Shown one piece after another: positions 17,451 to 26,505 of a stretch of DNA of 56,290 nucleotides; the stretch's first letter is position 1; each line of letters begins with the position of its first letter. The notes beneath the pieces were generated by a model that saw nothing but the letters and a program-made list of their open reading frames with translations, ran no database searches and was not told the origin of the DNA. Origin of the DNA: a virus. The position numbers were made by a program, and so were the translations under genes. The stretch lies in UHGV virus genome UHGV-0206581. One strand, written 5' to 3'.

Positions 17451-17851
17451 ACATTGAATCGTTCCTTTTCAGTCAAATTGCAGGAGCGCTTCGAGCGTCC
17501 TATGAAGGAATTTTTGTGTCTGGCGAATATGTAGACAGCCCCGCAAAATTTCCGGCCGTCACCATCGTTGAAAGCGACAACAGCGTGCTTCAAAAAATGA
17601 GAACAGCGGCACCAAATTTGGAAAACGCCGTGTCGCTGATGTACGAGGTAAACGTCTACACGAACAGTGTAGGGTACAAGAAGTCCGAGGCAAAGGATAT
17701 CATTGAAACCATCGACAATGAGTTTTCCAAGATGGGATTCACTCGTACCATGTGCAATCCGGTGTCCAATTTGCAGGATGCCACTATTTACCGCATTGTC
17801 GCCCGGTATGAGGGCGTAGCGGACAAGGATTTTAGAATCTACACAAACTAA
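17444..17851 (+). CDS. Tail terminator/completion protein (likely non-canonical ATC start)
   Basis: Frame open from 17420; GGAGG at 17431-17435 precedes ATC-ATA-GAC-ATT-GAA; PAKFPAVTIVE and YRIVARYEG motifs. Confidence 0.8.
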   Translation: MIDIESFLFSQIAGALRASYEGIFVSGEYVDSPAKFPAVTIVESDNSVLQKMRTAAPNLENAVSLMYEVNVYTNSVGYKKSEAKDIIETIDNEFSKMGFTRTMCNPVSNLQDATIYRIVARYEGVADKDFRIYTN

Positions 17852-17862
17852 AAGGGCTGACA

Positions 17863-17918
17863 GTGCCGAGTGCCTCTGTGCCAAGTGCCTCCCTAAAAAA
17901 TTAGGAGGTACTATTTTT
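17863..17918 (+). promoter_or_regulatory. Doubled GTGCC(A/G)AGTGCC leader with SD-sequestering hairpin (major tail gene)
   Basis: Copies at 17863-17874 and 17878-17889; stem 17884-17896/17901-17912 covers AGGAGG. Confidence 0.8.
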
Positions 17919-18437
17919 ATGGCAGGAATCCAACTTAGCACAGCGGGCGTCACCCTGTTGTACGCCGCAGAAGCCACCGCTGGCACTCGCCCGACTACTG
18001 GGTACGAAAAAATCTCCGAAATCAAAAGCATTCCTGAGTTGAACCCTGAGCCCGACAACCTGGAAACAACGACCTTGGAAGAGACGGAGTGGAAGACCTA
18101 TGTCCCAGGCTTGAAGGACATCGGCGGCGCACTGTCTTTTACGGCAAACCTGACCGAGGCATCTATGACCGAGTGGGAGGGCGTTGTCGATGCCTATGAT
18201 ACGGCAGCCGCCGGAAATAAGGCTACTTGGTTCTGTATCGTGATTCCTGGGCTGACCAAGGCACTGTATTTCACGGGTCAGCCCTCCCCGATGGGTATGC
18301 CCGCTATGGAGGTCTCTGCTGTTCTGGAAACAACTCTCTACATCACCCCGACCGGTGCGCCTCAGTGGGCAGCAAAGCCTACTGATCTGGAAAGCATGAG
18401 TCTGAGATCTTCTACCAAGAAAAACGTTGAAGTTTGA
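17919..18437 (+). CDS. Major tail (tube) protein
   Basis: IKSIPELNPEPDNLETTTLE...YVPGLKDIGGALSFTAN. Confidence 0.9.
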   Translation: MAGIQLSTAGVTLLYAAEATAGTRPTTGYEKISEIKSIPELNPEPDNLETTTLEETEWKTYVPGLKDIGGALSFTANLTEASMTEWEGVVDAYDTAAAGNKATWFCIVIPGLTKALYFTGQPSPMGMPAMEVSAVLETTLYITPTGAPQWAAKPTDLESMSLRSSTKKNVEV

Positions 18438-18451
18438 GGAGGAAATACCAT

Positions 18452-18823
18452 ATGAGTGATAATGTCGTGAGCATTCAGGATAGAGTGATGCCCGTTCGCG
18501 TCATTGACAATAAGACCGAGACGGCGTATGAACTTGATTTTAGCAGAGAAAGCGTTAAATTTGCCGAGAATCGTGGCTTTAAGGCGGACGAGCTGACAGT
18601 GTTCCCGGTGACTAGAATCCCGGAGCTGTTCTACTATGCTTTCCGAAAAAATCACAAGAATGTAGCCCGGTCTCAGACTGATGCCCTGCTGGATGGTATG
18701 GGCGGGATGACAAGTGCTCTTCTGGAACGTCTGGTTCAGCTCTACAATCAGGCAGCCCTTACCCACCTGATTGCAACTGACGAGGATGCGGCAAAAAACG
18801 CAGAGGTGACTGTGGAGCTGTAA
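18452..18823 (+). CDS. Tail assembly chaperone (gpG-like)
   Basis: Between tail tube and TMP; slippery A AAA AAC at 18793-18799. Confidence 0.85.
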   Translation: MSDNVVSIQDRVMPVRVIDNKTETAYELDFSRESVKFAENRGFKADELTVFPVTRIPELFYYAFRKNHKNVARSQTDALLDGMGGMTSALLERLVQLYNQAALTHLIATDEDAAKNAEVTVEL

Positions 18824-19203
18824 ATAGCCCACGGTCTTATACGGAACTATTTGAGGCGGAGTGCCCCTACTATCTGTCCATCGGCATGACTTGGGAACAG
18901 TATTGGTATGGTGATGTATGGATGGTAGAGGCATACCGCCAAGCTGATAAGCAAAGGCTTGAGCGGGAAAACATGATGCTCTGGCTACAGGGCCTTTATA
19001 ACTACGAAGCCCTTTGTGACACATCTCCGATATTCCGGGATTTTGCCAAAAAGGGGACAAAACCAGTTCCATACCGAACGGAACCGTACCAACTAGGCAA
19101 GAAAAAAGAAGTACCAACCGAGCAGGAAGTTAAAAACGAACGTTTGAAAGCCACCCTGTTCTTTAAGAATTGGGCAAGGGCTGCTGAGAAAAAGTTCCGG
19201 TAG
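18793..19203 (+). CDS. Tail assembly chaperone -1 frameshift extension (gpT-like)
   Basis: -1 frame is open from the slippery site through YYLSIGMTWEQYWYGD to 19203. Confidence 0.8.
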   Translation, partial: KKRRGDCGAVNSPRSYTELFEAECPYYLSIGMTWEQYWYGDVWMVEAYRQADKQRLERENMMLWLQGLYNYEALCDTSPIFRDFAKKGTKPVPYRTEPYQLGKKKEVPTEQEVKNERLKATLFFKNWARAAEKKFR

Positions 19204-19252
19204 GCCCTGGTTTGCACCTTGCCAACTTCATATGAGATAGCGGAGATTTTGA

Positions 19253-19281
19253 TTGCCTCCTTCCCCAAGTTGTGGTAAGAT
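19253..19281 (+). promoter_or_regulatory. Moron promoter
   Basis: TTGCCT-17bp-TAAGAT with extended -10 TG. Confidence 0.55.
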
Positions 19282-19302
19282 TTGGGGGAGGAGGGGAATA
19301 AG

Positions 19303-19785
19303 ATGAAAAAGCTAATCTCTTTCGTTTTGACTGGATTTATGGTTGTTGGGTTGGCTGGGTGCTCTGGTGAAGTTTCGCAGAAGGAATATGATGAACTGGT
19401 CGCAGAAAACGAACGGTTAAAAAGCAGTTTGAGCGAAGCAACGGATATGTTGCAAGAATACATAGACGGGGAAACAAATGATGTCATGGAAAATGTTCCA
19501 CTTATGATGTATCAAGCAACGGCCTCGATGTTTTCTGAGGACGCAACATGTGTAGCAATATCTGATGATATTGTCCAAATAACTGTGCCGTTGCTTGATG
19601 GGCAAAGCATGAACGATTACGAGACTGAATTAGAAGCCGCCGCATATTCCATTGGTATTGCTTTAGATGATGACGAATACTCTACTTGTATTATTATGTT
19701 TATCGATTCTGCGGGTAATTGTTCTGGAGGATTTTCGGTTGGACTAAATCGTGAAGCAAGTTCATTTGTTGGTTTGAATGGTTAA
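19303..19785 (+). CDS. Lipoprotein (moron)
   Basis: MKKLISFVLTGFMVVGLAGC signal peptide/lipobox; acidic mature part. Confidence 0.85.
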   Translation: MKKLISFVLTGFMVVGLAGCSGEVSQKEYDELVAENERLKSSLSEATDMLQEYIDGETNDVMENVPLMMYQATASMFSEDATCVAISDDIVQITVPLLDGQSMNDYETELEAAAYSIGIALDDDEYSTCIIMFIDSAGNCSGGFSVGLNREASSFVGLNG

Positions 19786-19878
19786 ATAATGGTTATCCGC
19801 TTAGAAATAGGCGGAGGGTATTTCCCCCTTGCGACTTCTTACTTAGTATGATATATTTTTGAGTAAGGAGGGATCAGG

Positions 19879-20364
19879 ATGAAAAAACTAATATCTTTTC
19901 TTTTGGCTGGACTGATAACAATTTGGCTCGCAGGATGTGAAGACAGCGGAACAAAAACTAACCAAGTTGTTGAGACTCCATCACAAAGCCATCAGGCATC
20001 AGAACCTGTACTTGCTGAAAGCCAACAACCCGATATTTCTCAATCGGCATTACAGGATTATCAAAGCATATTGGATGAATATTCTCAGAGAATCCGCGAT
20101 GCAGTACCAATATTGATTGAGGAATATAACGCAGAAGCTATAAATAATACAGAGGGGCTTCAAGGGCTTGCCACATTAAGTAACGAAAAGATAAGCGAAC
20201 TGGCCGAAATATCAAATGAGGGAATTTCCAAAATGGCTGAATATTATTATCATGCCGGAAGCGGATCATATGATGAGTATGAAGAATGGGCCGGGAAACT
20301 GATGGATGTTTATATGGAAGAAGCTACAAAAATTCAAGACGCATATATGGATTCAGCAATGTAA
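19879..20364 (+). CDS. Lipoprotein (moron)
   Basis: MKKLISFLLAGLITIWLAGC signal peptide/lipobox; acidic, helical. Confidence 0.85.
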   Translation: MKKLISFLLAGLITIWLAGCEDSGTKTNQVVETPSQSHQASEPVLAESQQPDISQSALQDYQSILDEYSQRIRDAVPILIEEYNAEAINNTEGLQGLATLSNEKISELAEISNEGISKMAEYYYHAGSGSYDEYEEWAGKLMDVYMEEATKIQDAYMDSAM

Positions 20365-20394
20365 TCAAAGATATAATACCGGGCTTGTAAATCG

Positions 20395-20434
20395 AAGTCC
20401 CCGCTATCTTATATGAGGTGGCGGGGGCTTTTTA
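20395..20434 (+). terminator. Intrinsic terminator after the lipoprotein morons
   Basis: AAGTCCCCGCTATCTT-ATAT-GAGGTGGCGGGGGCTT followed by TTTAT. Confidence 0.8.
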
Positions 20435-20442
20435 TATCTTTA

Positions 20443-20492
20443 GTGCCAAGTGCTTCATTGCCAAGTGCCGTATTTCAGAAGGTGGTAGCATC
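20443..20492 (+). promoter_or_regulatory. Degenerate doubled GTGCCAAGTGCC leader (tape measure gene)
   Basis: GTGCCAAGTGCT 20443-20454 and TTGCCAAGTGCC 20458-20469, just before the GAAGGTGG RBS. Confidence 0.7.
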
Positions 20493-23400
20493 ATGGCCGT
20501 TGATATTGATAGTCTGCAAATTGAAATAGAGGCAACTTCGAGTGATGCGGCGGCAAAAATCGACGCATTGGCTACCGCGCTGACTAACCTGAAAACAGCG
20601 GCAAAGGGTGGAGCGGGGCTTACTACAGTTTCTAAGCAGATGCAGGCACTTGCAAATGCGGCAAAGCTGATAAATAGCAGCAGCATTAATACAGTAAAGT
20701 TAAAGGAAATGACAAGTGCACTTAACGGATTGTCTTCTATCCAGAAGTCCAGCGGCTTGTCCTCCACAATCAACGCCCTTAAAAAGTTGCCTCAGATTAG
20801 CGAGTCCTTAGAAAAAGCAGATTTAGGAAAGTTTGCTGTTCAGATGAATCAGGTGGCGGACGCAATGCGCCCCCTGGCTACGGAGATGCAGAAAGTTTCC
20901 AGTGGGTTCTCAGCTTTCCCGATAAGGATTCAGAAGATCATCCAGAGCAATACCGGACTCGCCGCCTCGAACAATAAAGCAGCAAAAAGCTTCGGCGTTC
21001 TTGGAACTGGGATTAGTTCCGCACAGGCGAAGTTCGGAATCTATTCAGTGGTATTTCGCCAAATTGCGCGTACTGCATCTGATTGGGTAAAAGAGAGCAA
21101 TGATTATGTCGAGAATCTGAATCTGTTTACTGTTGCAATGGGCGATGCTGCGGAGAGCGCATTAGAATATGCGGAAGCAGTAAAAGAAGCTGTTGGGATT
21201 GACCCGTCTGAATGGATCAGAAACCAGGGCGTCTTTAAGCAAATAACTGGTGGATTTGGAGTCATGGAAGAAAAAGCAAATCTTATGTCAAAAAACCTGA
21301 CACAGTTAGGTTATGACATTTCTTCCTTCTATAACATTTCCATTGAAGAGGCCATGGAAAAATTGCAATCCGGCATTGCAGGCGAAATTGAGCCACTGCG
21401 ACGCTTGGGCTATGCAATTGACGTAGCTACCCTGCAAGAAGTGGCATACGCACATGGAATTGAGCAGAGTGTAAATACGATGAACCAAGCGCAAAAATCC
21501 CAGCTTCGTTATTTAGCGATTATGGAGCAGAGTGGGAACGTAATGGGGGATATGGCCCGGACGGTGCAGACCCCGGCTAATGCTTTGCGCATTCTAAATC
21601 AACAAATAACTCAGTTAACCAGAGCCTTAGGGAATTTATTGATTCCATTTTTACAGCAGATTATTCCGTATGTTCAGGCATTTGTGGAAGTCATTACTGA
21701 TGCGATACAGGCATTGGCGCTTCTGGTTGGATTTGAATTGCCTGAGATTGATTATTCCGGGCTGGATGGTGTGACATCTGGTGCCACAGATGCGGAAGAT
21801 GCCATTGAAGGGGCTACTGGAGCGGCCAAAGAAATGAAAAAGGCGTTGCTCGGGATTGATGAATTGACCATTCTGGAGCCGACTGCTTCTGGAGGCGGTG
21901 GTGGATCTGGTGGCGGAATTGGAGGCGATTTGGGTCTCGACCTTCCCGAGTATGACTTCTTGAATGGGCTGACCGACCAGACCAATGAACTAAAGGAAGC
22001 AGTAAAAGACCTCCTTTACAATTACGTCATTCCTGCTGGGACTGCATTTGCGGCCTGGAAAGTTGCAACTGGATTACTTCAATCTATCGAAAAAGTAAAA
22101 GCCGCTCTTGCTGGATTGAAAGGTGTTTCGCTTCTTTTGAACATCGAGTTTAAGGCACTCGGATTAACCATGTTACTTGCAGATCTGAATGAATTCATGC
22201 GTTATCTGAACGATTTCAGGGAGAACGGAGCAACCTTCCAAAATGTTGCGGGAATGATAAGTGAATTTGCTGGCATGGTTGGTGATGCGCTTATTGTCCT
22301 TGGAGCACTTAAAGTCGGTGGAGCATTAAAGGCTGTTCAAGGCATCGGAGAACTTATTATTGCAATTAAAGACATTTCCGAAAATGGAATAAATTTTGAC
22401 AATGCACTGACGACCATCAGAGGGCTTACTAATATCGCTATTGGAATCGGAGTGTTTACAGGCAATATTAAAGTTGCTGCATGGGGAGTTGCAATCCAAG
22501 GTTTTACAACTATTGTCCGGGAAATTTCAACAAACTGGGAGGCAATTAAGCAAGGGGACTGGAGCGGGGTCGATAAAGCTACACTGATTATAGGAGCATT
22601 AGAAGTTCTAGGCGGTCTTGCAGTAGCTCTTGATGCATTTTCTAAATTAAAGAGTATTGGGAATATAGGTAAAGCGGCAACAGCAGTTGAAACTGTTACA
22701 ACTGCAACCGAAGCCGTCAATACATCAGTGAGCGGTAAACTATCTCCTAGTTTGTCCTCTCTTGCGAAAAACCTTGGTCTCGGAGTTGCAATTATAGCGG
22801 AAGTTTCTGCCGCGGCGGTACTTGTTGTCGGAGCGATTGCAGTCCTTGGGTATGAATTGGAGCAGGTTGGTATTGCATGGGAGCCGGTCATTGATAACGG
22901 TGCTACAGTTGCGGCGGGTGTCGGGCTGGGCACTGCGGCTATTGCGGCTGTCGGGCTTGCCACTTATGGTCTTGGAACATTGGGAGCAACAGCGGCCCTA
23001 AATATTGGAATTGGAACTGCTATTCTGCTGGAACTTGGCGTAGCAGCCGGGCTATTCATCGTTGAAATTTGGGCTATCGGGAAGGGTTTGGATGAAATAG
23101 GGCAAGCATGGCAACCAGTTTTGGACAACGGTGAAACAATTGCGGCAGGAATTGGGCTCGGAACTACTCTGCTGATTGGTATCGGTGTTGTGACTGCTGC
23201 ACTTGGCGTGGCTACAGTTGCAAGTGTTGGTCTCCTCCCCATTGCGATTGGTTTGGGAACTGCAATCTTAGTAGAACTTGCTGCGGCATTTGTCTTGTTT
23301 ACAGAAAGCTTGGTTTCCGTTGCTGATGAATTGAATTTCAATCTGGCCCCGTCACTTCGTGGGTTAAACGACACACTACCTCAGCTTACCGAAGATATGT

Positions 23401-24278
23401 CAGATTTTGTTGATTTTATGTCTGATTTTGCCGAAGAGATTTCATCATATACTGACAGTATGGGAAGCATTACTTGGGATAGTATTGTGAGTGGTTTTCA
23501 AAGGCTATTTGCTGGAAACCCTATTCAAAACTTGGCTAGCGATGTTGAAAATATTACAAAAGATACGAAAAACCTGAATAGCAAATTGGAACTAGCCAAC
23601 CCGGAGATTGAGAAAGCGATTGATCTAACGTCTAACTACATTTCGCTTATGGAGAGTCTAAAACTAAACATAGACGGAAGCAGTAACATTAGCCTTGCCA
23701 GCGACATGTTTACCAATTTAAAAGAGGTAGGGAAACAGTTAGTAGTTGGTTTTTCTAATGGTGTATCTGAGAACGCTCCTCTTGCCTACAATACCATGAA
23801 AACATTTGGAAGCAATGTTGTTTCTAATATAAAAGCTGGAATTGAGAATGCAAAGCCATCAGTACGAAATTCACTGGAAAATTTATTTACGGGCGTTAAA
23901 GTAAAAGTTCCTCATTTCTCTATAACAGGCTCTTTCAATCTTGAAAGAATGTCTGTTCCTAAAATAAGCGTTTCAACCTATGCCATTGGCGGTTTCCCAG
24001 ACCACGGCGAAATGTTTATTGCCAGAGAACAAGGCCCTGAGCTAGTGGGCCGTATTGGGAACCGGACAGCGGTAGCAAACAATGATCAGATTGTGGAGGG
24101 TGTTGCTGCTGGTGTGACATCTGCCAACGATGGAGTCATCAATGCTATCTATGCCATGGCCCAGCAAATCATTTCCGCAATTGAAGAGAACAGCGGAGAC
24201 GTTTATCTGGATGGGGATAAGGTCGGAGAACGAGTAACGGAATACCAAAATAGGAAGAATCGCATTTTTGGCAGATAA
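20493..24278 (+). CDS. Tail tape measure protein
   Basis: About 1260 aa, Ala/Gly/Leu-rich helical with hydrophobic repeats; C-terminal YAIGGFP...AREQGPELVG. Confidence 0.93.
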   Translation: MAVDIDSLQIEIEATSSDAAAKIDALATALTNLKTAAKGGAGLTTVSKQMQALANAAKLINSSSINTVKLKEMTSALNGLSSIQKSSGLSSTINALKKLPQISESLEKADLGKFAVQMNQVADAMRPLATEMQKVSSGFSAFPIRIQKIIQSNTGLAASNNKAAKSFGVLGTGISSAQAKFGIYSVVFRQIARTASDWVKESNDYVENLNLFTVAMGDAAESALEYAEAVKEAVGIDPSEWIRNQGVFKQITGGFGVMEEKANLMSKNLTQLGYDISSFYNISIEEAMEKLQSGIAGEIEPLRRLGYAIDVATLQEVAYAHGIEQSVNTMNQAQKSQLRYLAIMEQSGNVMGDMARTVQTPANALRILNQQITQLTRALGNLLIPFLQQIIPYVQAFVEVITDAIQALALLVGFELPEIDYSGLDGVTSGATDAEDAIEGATGAAKEMKKALLGIDELTILEPTASGGGGGSGGGIGGDLGLDLPEYDFLNGLTDQTNELKEAVKDLLYNYVIPAGTAFAAWKVATGLLQSIEKVKAALAGLKGVSLLLNIEFKALGLTMLLADLNEFMRYLNDFRENGATFQNVAGMISEFAGMVGDALIVLGALKVGGALKAVQGIGELIIAIKDISENGINFDNALTTIRGLTNIAIGIGVFTGNIKVAAWGVAIQGFTTIVREISTNWEAIKQGDWSGVDKATLIIGALEVLGGLAVALDAFSKLKSIGNIGKAATAVETVTTATEAVNTSVSGKLSPSLSSLAKNLGLGVAIIAEVSAAAVLVVGAIAVLGYELEQVGIAWEPVIDNGATVAAGVGLGTAAIAAVGLATYGLGTLGATAALNIGIGTAILLELGVAAGLFIVEIWAIGKGLDEIGQAWQPVLDNGETIAAGIGLGTTLLIGIGVVTAALGVATVASVGLLPIAIGLGTAILVELAAAFVLFTESLVSVADELNFNLAPSLRGLNDTLPQLTEDMSDFVDFMSDFAEEISSYTDSMGSITWDSIVSGFQRLFAGNPIQNLASDVENITKDTKNLNSKLELANPEIEKAIDLTSNYISLMESLKLNIDGSSNISLASDMFTNLKEVGKQLVVGFSNGVSENAPLAYNTMKTFGSNVVSNIKAGIENAKPSVRNSLENLFTGVKVKVPHFSITGSFNLERMSVPKISVSTYAIGGFPDHGEMFIAREQGPELVGRIGNRTAVANNDQIVEGVAAGVTSANDGVINAIYAMAQQIISAIEENSGDVYLDGDKVGERVTEYQNRKNRIFGR

Positions 24279-24286
24279 ATTTTAAA

Positions 24287-24673
24287 TTGGAAGAAAGGGT
24301 GACAATATTGGTTCTTGAAATTGATGGGTTTGATATTGTCCCTTACATTTCATTTGGAGGAGTTAAGTGGCAACGGTCTGACGTGGACGGGGAAGGAGCG
24401 GGTCGTACTTTGGATGGCAAACTCAGAAGGAATCGGGTGGCAACAAAGCGGCGGCTGGATATTACCTGCCGTCCGCTTAATGCCGCCGAAACAAGTAAAG
24501 TCTTAACGGCAATTATGCCGGAATGGGTATCGGTTCGATATACAGACCCTCAAACAAACAGCATTGCAACAAGAAAAATGTATTCCAATAACAACCCGGC
24601 TACGTTTCAAATGAAGCAGAGGAACGGAGATGAACTATGGGGAGGGATCACATTCCCGCTGATTGAGGAGTAA
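24287..24673 (+). CDS. Distal tail protein-like
   Basis: AGRTLDGKLRRNRVATKRRL...ITFPLIEE; follows TMP. Confidence 0.75.
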   Translation: MEERVTILVLEIDGFDIVPYISFGGVKWQRSDVDGEGAGRTLDGKLRRNRVATKRRLDITCRPLNAAETSKVLTAIMPEWVSVRYTDPQTNSIATRKMYSNNNPATFQMKQRNGDELWGGITFPLIEE

Positions 24674-24676
24674 TAT

Positions 24677-25300
24677 ATGCCATACGAGTATCAAGTAGAA
24701 ATTGGCGGAATAATGTATGGAATGGATAGCATTAAAAGCGCAAATATAAAGCAGCCGTTATTCGAGTATTTTGGAGCGGGGAATGCAATGCCTGCTGAGT
24801 TCCACATTACATTTATTCCTAAAGAGGAACCTCCCAGAATGGCAAAAATTGTACCATTCTGTAGAGAAGAAGGAGAAAAAGATTGGCATAAGCTAGGTAT
24901 ATTTTTTGTTGATGTAAGGAGTGAAGATAGACAGTGGAAAAATCTTATTGCCTATGACTCCATGCTGAAAACCGAACAAACTTACTTGATTAGTGAAGAT
25001 GTGGGTGAATGGCCAAGGGGGATGAAAGCGCTTGTTGCGGATATAGCAAGCCGTATAGATGTAGAAGTTGATAGTAGAACAGTTATCAATGAAAGTTATG
25101 TGGTTGAATATCCAAACGATTATACAATGCGAGAAATTTTATGCCATATAGCAGCGGCCCATGCAGGGAATTGGATTATTACGGCGGACGGGAAATTGTT
25201 GCTGGTTCCGCTTTTTACTGCAATGCCTCCAGAGACATATTATTTAATAGAAGACAGCGGAAGTGCCATAGTGTTTGGAGAGGATAGAATTTTGGTATGA
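24677..25300 (+). CDS. Tail tip/baseplate hub protein, N-terminal part
   Basis: KLGIFFVD...IAYDSMLK...TMREILCHIAAAHAGNWIITADGKL. Confidence 0.7.
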   Translation: MPYEYQVEIGGIMYGMDSIKSANIKQPLFEYFGAGNAMPAEFHITFIPKEEPPRMAKIVPFCREEGEKDWHKLGIFFVDVRSEDRQWKNLIAYDSMLKTEQTYLISEDVGEWPRGMKALVADIASRIDVEVDSRTVINESYVVEYPNDYTMREILCHIAAAHAGNWIITADGKLLLVPLFTAMPPETYYLIEDSGSAIVFGEDRILV

Positions 25301-26505
25301 ATAACAAGTATTATGTAGGCCAAAAAGCATCTTCTTTTTTAAAATATGAAAAAACTCCTCCAGTTAGTAAAATCCGGCTGTTTTGGGATGATGAAAATGC
25401 ATTCGAAGCTGGAGATGATACAGGATACACAATAGAATTGTTTTGCCCATCAGCTACGCAGAAGATGGCAGATAATATTTTGAATGCAGCAAAAGGATTT
25501 GTGTATCAAGGATTTTCGGCCCCTGGCTCAAGCCTAGTTCCAGAAGCGGAACTGGGGGATGGAGTAACGGTTGACGGTTTTTACGGAATGATAGCAAATC
25601 GGGATATAGAATTTGGCCCAGGGAATTTATCCGACATCTCTGCTCCAGGGGAAAAGGAAATTAACCATGAATATCCTTATTTGAGCTCAGAAAGTAGAGA
25701 ACTAAAACGAAAAGTTACACTAGGGACTTCTTACTATGGCACTAAAATTACTCGAAAAAACGGATTAGAAATTACCAAAACAGATAATAGCGGTGCAGAA
25801 AAAAGCCGGGTTATTTTAAACAGCGATATTTTGGCCTTTTATAATGACGATGGACAGGCAGCACTCTACTTTGATGCAGCCAGCGGAAGATACATTTTTC
25901 GTGGGGACATTAATATGCAAGGGGGATCTATTTATTGGGGAGATTCTTTCCCTTACAAGTCCCAGTTTTCAACATCTCCAGATGGACCATGGCATGATAA
26001 GCAGCAAGAAGGAGATAAATACAGACGAGATACATATGATGGGGGAAAAACTTGGGAAGAGCCTTACCAATTTGTCGGAACAGACGGACGAGACGGTATA
26101 GACGGTTCGGATGCAAGTGTTACATTCAACAATGTACTTCGAGCATTACAAAGAGCAGAGGCGACACAAACAACATTTATTACAGCGGATGAGCTAGGGG
26201 CTCCCACCATTTATGGTGCCAAAATTTATGGTGCAGAGATATATGCTGGCGGTGTAGATGATATGGGTGGACAAATTATTGGGCTCTTGGACACTGGGAT
26301 GGTGGTATGGAACGGAGATGGAGAACGAGTATTAACTATTTCTGGAAATGCAGATACTGCGAGCCTTGTCACGGGCTATAACATATTACGCTTTAACTGT
26401 CCGTATATGTCGGTAGAAGCCACATCATCAGTTTCCTTTCATGGACGATTAGTTTCTTTTGATGACGTAAATGAGGTTTCAGGACTTTATCTGAGGTTTT
26501 CTTAA
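25297..26505 (+). CDS. Tail tip/minor tail protein
   Basis: PEAELGDGVTV motif, short GxxG repeats, beta-rich C-terminus; synteny. Confidence 0.7.
   Translation: MNNKYYVGQKASSFLKYEKTPPVSKIRLFWDDENAFEAGDDTGYTIELFCPSATQKMADNILNAAKGFVYQGFSAPGSSLVPEAELGDGVTVDGFYGMIANRDIEFGPGNLSDISAPGEKEINHEYPYLSSESRELKRKVTLGTSYYGTKITRKNGLEITKTDNSGAEKSRVILNSDILAFYNDDGQAALYFDAASGRYIFRGDINMQGGSIYWGDSFPYKSQFSTSPDGPWHDKQQEGDKYRRDTYDGGKTWEEPYQFVGTDGRDGIDGSDASVTFNNVLRALQRAEATQTTFITADELGAPTIYGAKIYGAEIYAGGVDDMGGQIIGLLDTGMVVWNGDGERVLTISGNADTASLVTGYNILRFNCPYMSVEATSSVSFHGRLVSFDDVNEVSGLYLRFS

Noticed and set aside
7094..20469. GTGCCAAGTGCC repeats as a CRISPR or mini-array
   Set aside because: Repeats are 12 bp, occur only in pairs with 3-23 nt spacers at dispersed gene starts, and no cas genes are present.
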